Source: an uncultured Gemmatimonadales bacterium
GTDB taxonomy: Bacteria > Gemmatimonadota > Gemmatimonadetes > Longimicrobiales > RSA9
DNA length: 64,000 nucleotides
Assembly: GCA_963798085.1 (NCBI GenBank)
Contig: CAWCRS010000008.1
Location: forward strand, 128,001-192,000
Direction of reading: 5' to 3'
Shown: positions 47,725 to 60,246 of the stretch, piece by piece
Layout: every line of letters starts with the position of its first letter
How positions within the stretch are numbered: position 1 is the first letter of the stretch
Notes under the pieces: generated by a model
Seen by the model: only the letters and a program-made list of their open reading frames with translations
What the model was told of the DNA's origin: nothing
Databases searched by the model: none
Position numbers and translations under genes: made by a program

Positions 47725-50700
47725 CTACTTCGAAGCCGGCACCATCAGCGTGATGTCGTAGCGCTTCAGAGCCTGACTGACCGTCGTCGCCTGGCCCAGG
47801 AATGCGCTGGCATCGGACACTGCCCGGGGCAGCGCGCTCTTCAACTCGTTGTACTGGCGCAGCAGCGCATCACTGGGGACTTCCCAGATGGCCAGGATCT
47901 GCGTCTTGAGCGCGGAGGTGCGCGCCAGCACGTTCTCCGGATCGATGGCGCCGCCCCGGCCGCCACCGCCGCCGAAGCCGCGGCCGCCAGCCTGCTGGAT
48001 GGGCACGCCGAACTTCACGCGCACGGCATCGAACTGCTTCTGCAGCGCATCGAACTGCGCCTTCACGTCGGCGGGCACATTGGTGGCATCCTTCAGTTTG
48101 CTCGCGGCTTCCGTCATCTGCGGATAGAGCGTGTTGAGCGCACCGGCGGTCTCCGTGCCTCGCCGCTGCAATTCGTGCAGATCCGCTGCTACCTCGTTGT
48201 AGCGCTTGCGCTGCGCGTCCGTCAGCTGCACCGCCGGATCCATGATGATGTGCAGCGGCTTCGTGTCGAGCGTCTTGCCATCGACAACCAGTGCGACGTT
48301 GTAGCTGGCGGGCAGCACCATGGGCCCCGGACTGCCGCCGCCGCCGAACCCGCCGAACCCGCCGCCACCGCCAGCCGCCCACCGGGCCCGCCGGCCCGGC
48401 CTGGCTCGCCTGAGCTGCACGGGTCCTCGGGCTTATAACCGGCTGTTGGGACGGGCGTGGGCACGCCCGGTATGTTGGCCTGAGGCGCGCCGCCCCGCCC
48501 GCCGCCGCCGCCGCCGCCGCCGCCGCGGCCACCCCGACCCGCGCCGCCGCCGCCTGCTTCGGGCGGCACCGGCTCGACGCGCATGTCCCAGCACATCGTC
48601 TGGATGCCGGGCGTCTTGCGGTTCGCCGGACCCTCGACTTCGCGCACCAGCCTGCCCGAGCCATCCGTGATGCGCAGCGCCAGCTGCTTCGCGGGCTTTT
48701 TCATGTCGAACTGCACCACGGCTTCCGTCGGTGGGTTCTCGCCCACGAAATAGGCATGGCCCCAGAACTCGTCGTTGCGATCGTCCTTGCCCTTCCACTG
48801 GAGCGCGGTCGGAATGGTGAACAGCTTCGCATCGCTGTTCGCGGCCTGCATCGCCGTGTACTCCTGGATGGGCTCGAGATGATCGAGCACCCAGAGCGCG
48901 CGGCCGTGCGTCGCGACCAGCATGGCATTGTCGCGCGGGTGCAGCGTGATTTCGTCCACGCGCACGGTGGGCAGGTTGGCCTTGAGCCGGCGCCAGCTGC
49001 GGGCCGCGGTCGAGGGACAGCACAATGCCGGACTCCGTGCCCACGTAGAGCACATCGGGATTGCGCTGGTCCTCGGTCAGTGTGCGCGCCACTTCACCCT
49101 GCAGGTTGCCATTGAGCGAGCGGAATGTGGCGCCGAAATCGTTGCTCACCCACATGTGGGTCTCGAAATCGTTCTGCCGGTGGTTGTCCACCGTGATGTA
49201 GACGGTGCCCGCGTCGTAGCGCGAGGGCACCACCTCGGAGACGAATGCGCCGGCCGGGAAGCCGGACAGCCGGCTGGTAATGTTCTGCCAGGTCCTCCCG
49301 CCATCGCGCGACATGCTGACCACGCCGTCATCCGTGCCCGTGTAGTAGAGGCCCGGCTGCTTCATGGACTCGGCCAGTGCCACGATCGCGGGCCAGGCGG
49401 AAATGCCGTCGTTGCGCGAGATCGTGGTCTCGCTGTTCTTCAGGCCCATGGTGACGATCTCGTTGCGATCGGCATTGGTCGTGAGGTCGGGACTGATCGC
49501 GGTCCAGGAATCGCCGCGGTCGGTGGACTTGAATACCCTGTTAGCCGCGACCAGCAGCACGCCCGGGTCATTCGGCGAGAGGATCATGGGCGTGTCCCAG
49601 TGGAAGCGGAACGTCTCGCCCTGCGGCGGCGGGGGGAACACATTGGCGGGCGTGGGCCGGATGCTCTTCGACTCGCCCGTGATCTTGTTCTTGCGCGTGA
49701 TGTTGCCGTCCTGCGTCTCGGTGTAGACGATGCGCGAGTCGCGCAGGTCGGGAATGGCGACGAAGCCGTCGCCGCCCTGGATCTGGAACCAGTCGTAGTT
49801 CATGATCCCGCGCTCGTGGCGCGAGGCCGACGGACCGCACCAGTCGTAGTTGTCCTGCATGCCGCCGCAGATGTTGTACGGCGTCTCCATGTCGTAGCCC
49901 ACGTGGTAGAAGAGACCCACGGGCAGGTTGGGCATGAACGTCCAGGTGCGGCTCATGTCGTACGACACCGAGATGCCGCCGTCATTGCCGATCATGAGGT
50001 GATCGGAATTGGCGGGATCGATCCAGATCGCGTGGATGTCATCGTGCGTGGCCAGTGCCGCATCCGTAGCGAAGCTGTGGCCGCCATCAATGGTCATCTG
50101 CAGGCCCACGCCGCCCATGTACACACGGTCCGGATTGTTGGGATCGATGCGCACCTGGCTGAAATAGAGAGGGCGCGGGTTGTTGCTGCTGACCTTCTGC
50201 CAGCTGCGCCCGCCGTCATCGGAGCGATAGAGCCCGGTTGCGCCCGCGTCCTGCCCGCCGCCGCCACCACCACCACCGCCGCCGCGTCCACCGCGTCCGC
50301 CACGACCGCCGCGGCCGGCCTCCGCGGCGGAGTCCGGGTTCTCTTCGCCGCCGCCGAAGCCGCCGCGGCCGCCGCCCGGTCCCTCGATCGAGGCATACAC
50401 GATGCTGGAGTTCTTGCGATAGATGTCGATGCCGATGCGGCCCAGCGAACCGTCGGGCAGACCGTTGCCGGTGAGGCGGTTCCACGTTGCGCCGCCATCG
50501 GTCGACTTCCAGATGCCGCTGCCCGGGCCGCCGCCGTTCACGCAGCAGTTCGTGCGCCGGCGCTGGTACGTGGATGCGAAGAGGATCTGCGGATCCGTCG
50601 TCGCCATCACGAGGTCGTTGGCGCCCGTGTCATCATCGCCTTTCAGCACCTGTTTCCAGGTGTGGCCGCCATCGCGCGTCTGATAGATGCCGCGATCGCC

Positions 50701-51228
50701 GCCCGGTCCGAACAGCGGGCCGGTGGCTGCCACCGTCACGATGTCATCATTGGCGGGATCGATGACGATGCGATTGATGTGCTTCGATTGCGCGAGCCCC
50801 ATCAGCTGGAAGGTCTTGCCGCCATCGGTGGACTTGAACACGCCACCACCCCAGGAGGTGCTCTGGCGATTGTTGGACTCGCCGGCGCCCACCCAGAGCA
50901 GATCCGGGTTCTTCTGCGAGATCGTCACATCGCCGATCGAGATGAGGCCCTCATCCTGGAACAGCGGCGTGTACATGGCGCCGTTGCTCGTGGTCTTCCA
51001 CACACCGCCGTGCGCCGTGCCCACGTAGTAGATGGCGGGGTTGGCCTCGTACACCGCGAAATCCGAGATGCGACCCGACATGGTGGCGGGGCCGATGGAG
51101 CGGAAGTGCAGCTTGTCGAACTCCTGCGCCACGGGCAGCGACGGATTCGACTGCGCCTGCAGTGCTGCGCTGTGCAGCCCCAGCAGCAGGGCCGTCCCGA
51201 TGGTGCGATGGCGAAATGTGCGCGGCAT
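47725..51228 (-). CDS. VPS10/sortilin-like BNR (Asp-box) repeat protein; frameshifts at ~49000 and ~48383
   Basis: FRSIGPATMSGRI; many S(T/D)DGGxxW repeats; GGMQDN, RFHWDTP, LVATHGRALW; helical C-terminal tail; spans ORFs 48433-51264, 48222-49055 and 47725-48420. Confidence 0.85.
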
Positions 51229-51287
51229 CGAGCCCCCAGGGAGGCAGAGTGAGAGTGCGGTCATGATAACCCTGTGTCAGTGCGCGA

Positions 51288-53727
51288 TCATCGACCCGGC
51301 GCCTCCGGGCCGCCGGGCCCGCCGCCCCGCCCGAACTGCGGCGTGTGCACTTCGTATTCCTTCGGCGGTTCGGCATTGAGCAGCCAGCGCACGAAGTAGT
51401 CCCAGCGGCGGCGCATCATGTAATTGGATTCGGCGCCGTAGCCGTGCGCCTGGTTGGGCAGCAGCAGCAGGTCGAAGTCCTTGTTGGCCTTGATCAGCGC
51501 GTCCACCACGAGCAGCGTGTTATAAGGCGGCACGTTGTTGTCCATGGTGCCGTGCGCGAGCAGCAGATGGCCCTTCAGGTTCTTCGCCAGGTTCTGGTTG
51601 GCCTCGACATCGTAGCTGTCGCTGCCGTCCGCGGTCCTGACGTCGAGGCCCTGATAGCGCTCGCCCCAGTCATCCTCGTACTCGCGCTGGTCGTGATTGC
51701 CCGACTCGGAGATGCCGACCTTGAAGAAATCGGGATAGCGGAACATGGCGTCCGCCGTGATGAAGCCGCCGCCTGAGTGACCGTCAGATGCCGGCGCGGT
51801 CGATGTCGATCCATGCGTACTTCTGCGCCAGCTCCTTCATGCCCGCCACCTGATCGGGCAGCGTGTTGTCGCGGCCCATGGCGCCGTAGTACGCGTCGTG
51901 GAAGGACTTCGAGCGATCCGGCGTGCCCATGCCGTCGATGGTCACCACCACGAAGCCCAGCTCCGCCAGCGCCTGCCGGTCGCTGCGCGCCGCAGTGAAC
52001 GCGCGCCCGCCCACGCTGCCCGTCTGCGGGCCGGGATAGGGATTGTTGATGATAGGATACTTCTGCGCTGGATCGAAGTTCGTGGGCCGGAACATCAGCC
52101 CGTAGATGTCCGTCTTGCCATCCCTTGCCTTCATGGTAATGGGAATGGGCGGCTTCCAGCCCGTGGCCAGCAGCTTCGTGATGTCCGCCTTTTCCAATGG
52201 CATCACTAACTTGCCGTTCGCATCGCGCACGGCCACGACGGGTGGCACATCCGGCTTCGAGTACGTGTCCACCAGGAAGCGGCCGTCAGGCGCCAGCTGC
52301 ATGTCGTGTGTGCCGTCATCGGGTGTGAGCGATACGGCCGGGCCCTTGCCATCGAGCCCGATGCGGTAGTAGTGCCGGAAGTAGGGATCCTGTCCGGCCT
52401 CGCGGCCGTTGGCGGCGTACCACAGCGTGCGCGTCTTGTCGTCGAGCTGCGCGATCTGCGTCACCGGCCCTGCGCCCGATGTGATCTTGTTCTTCAGCTG
52501 GCCCGTGGTCAGGTCGTAAAGGTAGAGCTGGCCCCAGTCATCGCGCTGCGAGTACCAGACCACCTCGTTGCTGGGCCAGAGTACGCGCCAGCCGGTGCGC
52601 GACTCGAACTGCGTGGGCACAGTCTCCTCGAACACCGTGCGCACATCGCCGGTGGCCGCATCGGCCACGCGGAAAACGGCCTGTTTGTGATCGCGCGATG
52701 TCGAGACCAGCGCCAGCCTGGTGGCGTCCGGGCTCCACTCGAGGTCGTTCATGCTCAGGTTGTCACCCAGCGTGGAGCGGTGGAAGTCGGGCGCCATCTT
52801 CAGGCGAACGACACTGCCGGCATTCACGTCGATGACGACGCGCTGGATCATGGCCACCACACTGTCGCCGGGCAGCGGATACTTCCACGCGCGCAGCGTG
52901 GGGTGGCCCACCTTCGTCTCGACCAGGTACATGTCGCCGACATTGCGCTCGTCCTGCTGCTGCGTCGCGATCTTCTTCGAGTCCGGTGACCAGAGCAGAA
53001 TGGGCCGGTCGCTGCCTGCCCAGCCCGCATTGTCAGTGGCGTAGCCGAAGTCCTTCGCGCCATCCCGGGTGAGCTGGTGCTCGACGCCCGAGTCGACGTC
53101 GCGCACCCACAGGTTCCAGTCGCGGATGAAGGCGGCGCTCTTTCCGTCGGGTGATAGCACGGCGTTACCAAACGCGCCGCCCCGTCCGCCGCCGCCGCCC
53201 CGGCCGCCGCGGCCGCCGCCGCGCCCGCCTCGCCCGGCGCCGCGGCCCGTGGCTTCGCCCGCGGCCACGCACTTCGTGCCGCCCGTATCGCAGGAGTAGC
53301 GCCGCGCGCCCACGTCGAATGCGATGCTCTTCATGTCCGCGGAATAGTCGATCTCCTGGAACGGCAGCTGTGTCGCGCTGTACGTCGCGCCCGCGGCCGT
53401 GGAGAGCGCAGCCGCCAGCTTCGCGTGATCGAATGCCGGCGCGCGCGACTTCTTCGACGGATCGACCATGATGAACTCGAAGCCGTTCGCCGTCTGGCTG
53501 CGATACCAGAAGCGATCACCGGGCAGCCAGTTCGCCGCGACGTTGCCGCCCACCACGAGACCGTTGAGGTTCTGCGCGAGGAAGCGGGCCGCGTGATCGT
53601 AGTCGGCGGTGGTGAATACCTTGCGCGTCTGCGCGCGCACCGGCGACGCCAGAGCGGGGGCCAGCAGCAGTGCGAGCGCCAGTGCTGGCGCACGCTGCAG
53701 CAGGGAACGGGTCACAGTCGAAGACAT
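51288..53727 (-). CDS. S9B dipeptidyl-peptidase IV-like serine peptidase; frameshift at ~51785
   Basis: Signal peptide; SPDGK and WSPDSKK propeller motifs; YPGPQ; GI|(Y)GHSGGG nucleophile; HGTMDNNV (Asp); AHGY (His). Confidence 0.92.
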
Positions 53728-53765
53728 GTCGCTTCTCCACAGAGCGGGTCGTTGAATGGACAGGT

Positions 53766-56700
53766 TTACGATACGACCTTCGGCCCGACCGTCACCGGCT
53801 CGAGGCCAAGGCGCTTCAGCTCGTTGTTCAGCCGTGCCAGATCCACGGTCAGCACCTGCTGCAGCCGGTCGGTCTGGACTTTCAGCTCGGCCGTGAGGTC
53901 CGTGAAGATCGGATACACGCTGGCCGTGGGCCGGCCATCGCCGCGGTCCACGACGCCCAGCAGTGACGCCAGCCGGTTGTTCAGCTTGATGGGGAAGTTG
54001 AGCGGGTCCTGGCCGCTCTGATTGCGCACCTGGTAGATATCCTCTTCGATGGCGCTCAGCTTCGTGGTCAGCGTGTCCGCCGCCGACTTGAGCGCGGCAT
54101 CCAATGACTTCGTGAGGCGCTCACCCGTCTGCTGTTTCACATCGCGCATCTGGATAACAGCATTGTTTGCTTCGCTGACCTTGTCGCGAATGCGGATGGC
54201 GAGCGCGAACTGCGCTTCCAGGTCGGCCTGCGTCACATCACCGTACAGCGGGTTCTTGCGTACCGTCAGCGGCTGGGTCTGCGCGTGGCCGTCGGCCGTG
54301 AGGCGCACCTGGTAGGGGCCGGGCACCGCGAGCGGCCCGTTCGTGCTCGCGCCCCACAGGATCATGCCCGGGAACGTGGTGGGGCCGGGATACTGCAGGT
54401 CCCAGATCATCGTGTTCAGACCGGCGGTCATGGGCGGACTCACGGCGCCACCCCGCCCGCGTCCGCCGCCGCCGCCACCCTGGTCAGCGGCATCGCCGCC
54501 CCGCCCGCGGCCGCCTCGCCCGCCGCGACCGCTGCTGCCCGTGTAGGTGCGCACCACCTGACCACGCGCATCCAGGATGTCGATGGTCAGGCTCTGCGCC
54601 GGTTGCTTGAGCCAGTAACGCAGTGTTGCGCCGCCGCCGGAGCGGATGGCGTCGGCGGGCTTGAAGAGGTACGCGTCGGCAGCTGCAACCGTGGGTGTGT
54701 ACTGCCGGATCGGGCCAATGTCGTCGAGAATGTAGAAGCCGCGGCCGTGCGTCGAGATCGCCAGGTCCCTCGCCTCGACCGCAATGTCCGAGACCGGTGC
54801 ATCGGGCAGATTCAGCGACAGCGACTCCCAGTGGTCGCCATCATCGTACGAGATGTACATGCCGTGCTGCGTGCCCGCGTAGAGCAGGCCTCGCCGCGTC
54901 GGGTCTTCACGCACCGCGTGCACGTAGTCGCTGGCGCCGATGCCGTTCACGATCTTCGTCCACGTCTTCCCGTAATCGTGTGTGCGGAAAATGCAGGGTG
55001 CGTTGTCGTCCAGCAGCGGCCGTTTCACGGCCACGTACGCGCTGGCCACATCGAATGCGGACGCGTCAATGATGCTCACGCGGCCGAAGTCCGGCATGTC
55101 CTTCGGCGTGACGTTGCTCCACGTCTTCCCGCCATCGCGCGTCACATGGATCAGGCCGTCGTCGGAGCCGGCCCAGAGCGTGTTCACGTCGCGCTTCGAC
55201 GGACCGAGCGCGAAGACGACGGCGTAGACTTCGGGGCCGTTCATGTCGCCCGTGATGGGGCCGCCCGAATGGCCCATCGTCCTGGGATCATGACGCGTGA
55301 GGTCGGGACTGATCTGCGTCCAGCTCTGCCCGCCGTTGATCGTCTTCCAGACGTGCTGCGACGAGGCGTAGAGCACGTTCGGGTCGACGGGCGAGAAGAC
55401 AATGGGGTACGTCCACTGCCAGCGTTCCTTCAGTGCCGAGGACGGCTCGCCCGAGAACATGCGCGGGTACGCGCCCACTTCGCGGTTCTCGCCCGTGCGC
55501 CGGTTGATGCGCGTCAGGAAGGAGCCGTTGTTGCCACCGGCGAAAAAGATGTCCGGATCCTTCGGGTCGGGCGCGATGTAGCCCGGCTCGGCGCCGCCCG
55601 CGCTGTAGGTCTGAGGCGCGCCGCCGCCGCGGCCGAAGCCGCCGCCCCGCCCGCCGAAGCCGGCCTCGCTCGGTACGCAGACGGTGCTCGCATCCTGCTG
55701 TGCGCCGCACACATGGTAGGGCACGTGCGACGTGGTAATGACGTGATAGAACTGGCCGGTCGGATAGTCGCGGCTGCTCCACGTTCGGTCTTCGGCATCC
55801 GCGTTGTACGTGATGGCGCCGCCTCCATCCAATGCGTGCATGATATGCTGCGTGTTATCAGGGTCGATCCACAGGTCGTGTGAATCGCCGCCCGCAAAGT
55901 TCACCAGTGTCTTGCCGCCATCCGTGGACTTGAACGTGCCCACGTTCTGCACGTAGACCACGTCGCGGTGGATCGGGTCGGCGGTGACATGGCTGTAGTA
56001 GAAGGCGCGCTGCCGGATGTTGCGACCCGCATTGATCAGCTTCCACGTGGCGCCCGCATCATCGGAGCTGAACAGGCCGCCATTGTCGTTTTCGACAATG
56101 GCGTAGACGCGCTCGGAGTCCGCGCCGGAAACGGAGACGCCGATCTTGCCATCCGTGCCCGCGGGGAGACCCTGATTGCGCGTGATCTCCGTCCACGTCT
56201 CGCCGCCGTCGGTGGACTTGAAGAGACCGCTGCCCGGTCCGCCGCTGGACATTGTGTACTCGAGCCGGAACGCCTCCCACAAGGCCGCATAAATGACCTT
56301 CGGGTTGTTGCGGTCGATCGAGAATGTCGACGCCGCCGGTCTTGTTATCGCGGAACAGCACGCGGCGCCACGTCTTGCCACCATCCGTGCTCTTGTAAAT
56401 GCCGCGCTCGTCGTTCTGGCCGCTCATGTTGCCCATTGCGGCGACGAACACGATGTCCGGGTTTTGCGGATCGATGCGGATCTTCGCAATGGTCTGTTTG
56501 TCGCCGAAGCCCACGTGCGACCAGGTCTTGCCCGCATCCGCCGATTTGTAGACGCCGTCACCGGCCATGATGTTGCCACGGATACAGGCTTCGCCCATGC
56601 CGATGAAGACAATGTCGGGATTGGTCTCGGAGACCGCGACCGCGCCCACGGACGCGCTGTGGATCTGGCCATCCGTCACGGGCGCCCAGGTGGTGCCGCC

Positions 56701-57015
56701 GTCGGTCGTTTTCCAGAGGCCGCCGCCAGTGGCGCCGAAGTAGCCCTCCTGCGGATGGCCGCGCACGCCGGCCACCGTGAGTGAGCGGCCGCCGCGATCC
56801 GGCCCGATCGAGCGCCAGTGGTACGACTTCAGGATCATCGAATCGAGCGTTGCGGCGGGGATCGCGCCGGCATCGCGGGCAGCACCGGGCGAGCCGGAAC
56901 GACCCCGTTGCGCGGGTCCGCCCGCGCCCTGCTGCGGGGACAGGTTGCGCGTTGCGGCCAGACCGAGCGCGAGCGCGGCCGCGGGCACGCCGATTCGAGC
57001 GAACAGACGGCGCAT
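53766..57015 (-). CDS. Second VPS10/sortilin-like BNR repeat protein; frameshift at ~56323
   Basis: GGAGG RBS; WRSIGPDRGGRS; S(T/D)DGGxTW repeats; GAQQD, RWQWTYP, ISTHGRGFY; C-terminal QDPLNFPIKLNNRL; ORFs join as GGVDISIDRNNP. Confidence 0.87.
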
Positions 57016-57223
57016 GAGCAGACCTCCTGGGGTTTCTGAACGGAAGAGAGTGTAGCGCGCTCGCTGCCGGGTTGAAAGACGTGGCGGCCACCGATTTCGC
57101 CGATCCTCGTCCACGTGGAAGGCCCGGCGGCGAGCGGCCGACACTCCAAAGTGGCACTCACGCCGCCGCTGCCACGTACAGGTGGCTGTGAGCACACGGA
57201 TCCTCGGGAAGGTCGGGCGGAAC

Positions 57224-58300
57224 ATGCTGGCGAAGATCTGGCGCTGCGTCCCGCTGCTGCTGGTGCTGGCAGGCTGCAAGGCGAAAGACGGCACCGGACC
57301 CACACAGGATGGAGCCGCCCGCACCTACCTCATGGGCTGGGCGCCGGGCGCGCCACGCGCCAATGTCTCGCTCGTGCTCGCACTGATGGACTCCATGGCG
57401 AAAGTCTCCGACATCGCGATCATGCAGCAGCCCGTGCCGTTCCCCGAGCTGCTTGCGGGTGCGTCCATCGACAGCCTGGTCGAAGACCGCAACGGCGTGG
57501 CCTCGTACCTGCGCGCGCGCGGGATGAAGATCATCTTCCTGGTCGACCCGCTCAATGGCCTGGACCGGCGCAAGGAAGATCCCGGCCTGGTGCGGACCGG
57601 GCACAGCATCCGCGAGCCGCAGATCCTTGCCCTGCACGAGGACTGGGTGCGCCGCATTGCGCAGCGCATCCACCCCGAGTACCTCGGCCTCGCCTCCGAG
57701 ATCAACACGCTGGCCGCGCGCGGTGATCCCGCGCTCTACGCCGTCATCCGCGGCATGATCAACACACTGGCGCCGCAGGTGCGGCAGCTGAGCCCCGGCA
57801 CGAAGGTGTTCGTGTCGTTCCAGGCAGACGAGGCTAACGGCGCGTTTGGGCAGGATCCGGTCGACAACTTCTCCCTCATCAGCGATTTCGACATCAATGC
57901 GCTGGGCCTATCCTCCTACCCGGTCTTCGTGTTCGACTCGCCTGACAAGGTGCCCGACAACTGGTTCGCCAACTTCGCCGCCGCCACGAACCTGCCGCTG
58001 ATCATGGTCGAGGGCGGCTGGAGCTCGGCCGCGACCGCGTGGGGCAACGGCACGCCCCAGGAGCAGGTGGACTTCATCAAGCGCTACGAACAGCTGCTGG
58101 ACGGCGTGAAGGCCGAAGCGTGGGTCATGCTCACGTTCACCGACCTGGACGTCAACGCACTCGGCCTCGACCCCGACCGCGCGCTCGAGCTGTCCAACTT
58201 CGCCCACATGGGCGTGCTCGACGCACAGCTGCACCGCAAGCCTGCCTACGCCGAATGGCAGCGCGTCTTCGACCGACCGCTGGTGCCACCCGGCCGTTGA
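57224..58300 (+). CDS. Lipoprotein, putative TIM-barrel glycoside hydrolase
   Basis: Lipobox LAGC; YLGLASEIN, LGLSSYP and PLIMVEGGWSS resemble clan GH-A acid/base and nucleophile strands; KPAYAEW. Confidence 0.6.
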   Translation: MLAKIWRCVPLLLVLAGCKAKDGTGPTQDGAARTYLMGWAPGAPRANVSLVLALMDSMAKVSDIAIMQQPVPFPELLAGASIDSLVEDRNGVASYLRARGMKIIFLVDPLNGLDRRKEDPGLVRTGHSIREPQILALHEDWVRRIAQRIHPEYLGLASEINTLAARGDPALYAVIRGMINTLAPQVRQLSPGTKVFVSFQADEANGAFGQDPVDNFSLISDFDINALGLSSYPVFVFDSPDKVPDNWFANFAAATNLPLIMVEGGWSSAATAWGNGTPQEQVDFIKRYEQLLDGVKAEAWVMLTFTDLDVNALGLDPDRALELSNFAHMGVLDAQLHRKPAYAEWQRVFDRPLVPPGR

Positions 58301-58397
58301 CGCGGCCCGCCACAGGCGCGCCCGGTTCCGCACGCTCGGCGGCCACCCTATTCTCAGGCGGCCGCCGCTCGAAAACCCCGTACCTCAGGAGCCGCTC

Positions 58398-60246
58398 ATG
58401 CCGCACCGGGGGCGCTTGCGCTTTCCCAACTCCGTCATGCTCGCCATCCCATGTCTCGTTCTCACCGGCTGTGAGCACGCGGCAACGGATCACGGATCGT
58501 ATGCGACGCTTCCCGTCACGGTCCGTGCCGCTGTCGCCATGGACACGTCGCTGCCGCTGGTCGCGCGCGCACGCACGCGTGTTGCTTTGCCCTGTGCGCG
58601 CGAGGCTGATCTCTGCCGCGGTCGCAGTGCCGGTGCGGATGCCAATGCACCTCTGCTGCCCGCAGCCGTGCGCGAAATGCATCACGGACTCTCGCCTGAA
58701 AGGGATGCCTCCGTAGAGGAAGAAGCGGGGGCGGCCATGGCGTCGCCGGCGTCTGCACGCAACACGCGTGCGGACCGCGATCGCGGTGACGGTGACAAGC
58801 GACGCGCACACGCTCGCGCCGGCGGCGGCATTGAGCAGCTTGCGCAGGGCACGCGGCCGCCCGTGCCCATCGTTGCCAGCTTCGACGGCCTGGGCGCCGG
58901 CTTCACCGGGCCGCAGGGCAGCGCCACGCTGCGCAATCCATCCGACAACGCGCTCGCGGTGGGTCCCAACCACATTGTGCAGATCGTGAATTCGCGGATG
59001 GCCATCTTCACGAAAAAGGGCGCTGTCTACGACACGACCGGCCGCGTGCTCTCCGGGCCCGTGCCCACCAACGCGATCTTTGCCGGCTTCCCCGGCCGCT
59101 GCGAGCCCCGGCCCAACGGCGACGCCGTCGTGCGCTACGACCAGCTGGCCGGCCGCTGGCTCATTGTCATGCCCATATTCCGCCGCGACTCGAGCGATGC
59201 GAAGGAACCCTGGTCAATGTGCTACGCCGTGAGCGCCGGCGCCGACCCGCTGGGTCCGTATTACCGCTACGAGTTCAAGCGGGCGCTCTTCCCCGATTAT
59301 CCGCGCCCCGCCGTCTGGCCCGATGGCTGGTATGTGCCCAGCAGCACCGGCGACGAGGTCATCCAGAAGCACGCCTGCGTGGCCGACCGCACCCGCATGC
59401 TGCAGGGCCTGCCCGCCACGGAACAGTGCGTTATCATCGACGGCGTCAACTTCCTGAACAATGCCGACATCGATGGCCAGGAGCTGCCGCCCCCGGGCGC
59501 GCCCAACATCATCATGGCCACGGGTGGCACGCAGCTGCACCAGCAGTTCGAGGACGATGGCATCTACTGGTGGACGTTCCACGTGGACTGGACGGACCCC
59601 GCGAACACGCGTGTCAGCGGACCGCTGAAGCTGCCGGTCGCGCCCTACCACTATCTGTGCGACGGCCAGCTGACCAGCTGTGTGCCCCAGCCCGACACCA
59701 CCCGCCGCCTGGACGCACAGGGCGACAAGCTCATGCAGCGACTCGTGTACCGGCGCTGGGCCGGCCACGAATCCATCGTCGCCTTGCACTCCGTGAACAC
59801 ATCCGGCGGGTGGGGGCGGTGTGCGCTGGTACGAGTTCCGGCTGAATCAGAAACGCGAGCCCGTCCTCTACCAGCAGAGCACATTCGCGCCCGACAGCTT
59901 CTATCGCTGGATGGGCAGCATCGGCATGGACCGCATGGGCAACATCGGCATGGGCTACTCCTTCGGTGGTACGCCCCACTACGCCGGCCAGCGCTTCGCC
60001 GCCCGCCTTGCCGGGGACACGCCGGGCGTGCTCGCGTTCCACGAGACCGTGCTGGCCGAAGGCGAGGCGGCGCAGAAGAACACACTGCGCTGGGAGGACT
60101 ACACCACGCTGGCCATGGACCCCAGCGACGACTGCACCTTCTGGTATGTCGGCGATTACCTGCGCGCAGGCGAGAGCAACTACTCGACGCGCATCGGCGG
60201 CTTCAGGATTCCGGGGTGCCGGGAGGGCAGGGAGCCGGGGAGCTAA
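58398..60246 (+). CDS. Hypothetical Cys-rich secreted/lipoprotein; frameshift at ~59810
   Basis: LTGC lipobox; PSDNALAVGPNHIVQIVN, GDAVVRYD, FPDYP, |VRWYEF, RWMGSIGMD and RWEDYT motifs over ORFs 58398-60920 and 59821-60246. Confidence 0.7.

Noticed and set aside
51784..51786. TGA before the S9 nucleophile motif as selenocysteine or readthrough
   Set aside because: GHSGGG continues in a different frame, so this is an indel and not an in-frame stop.
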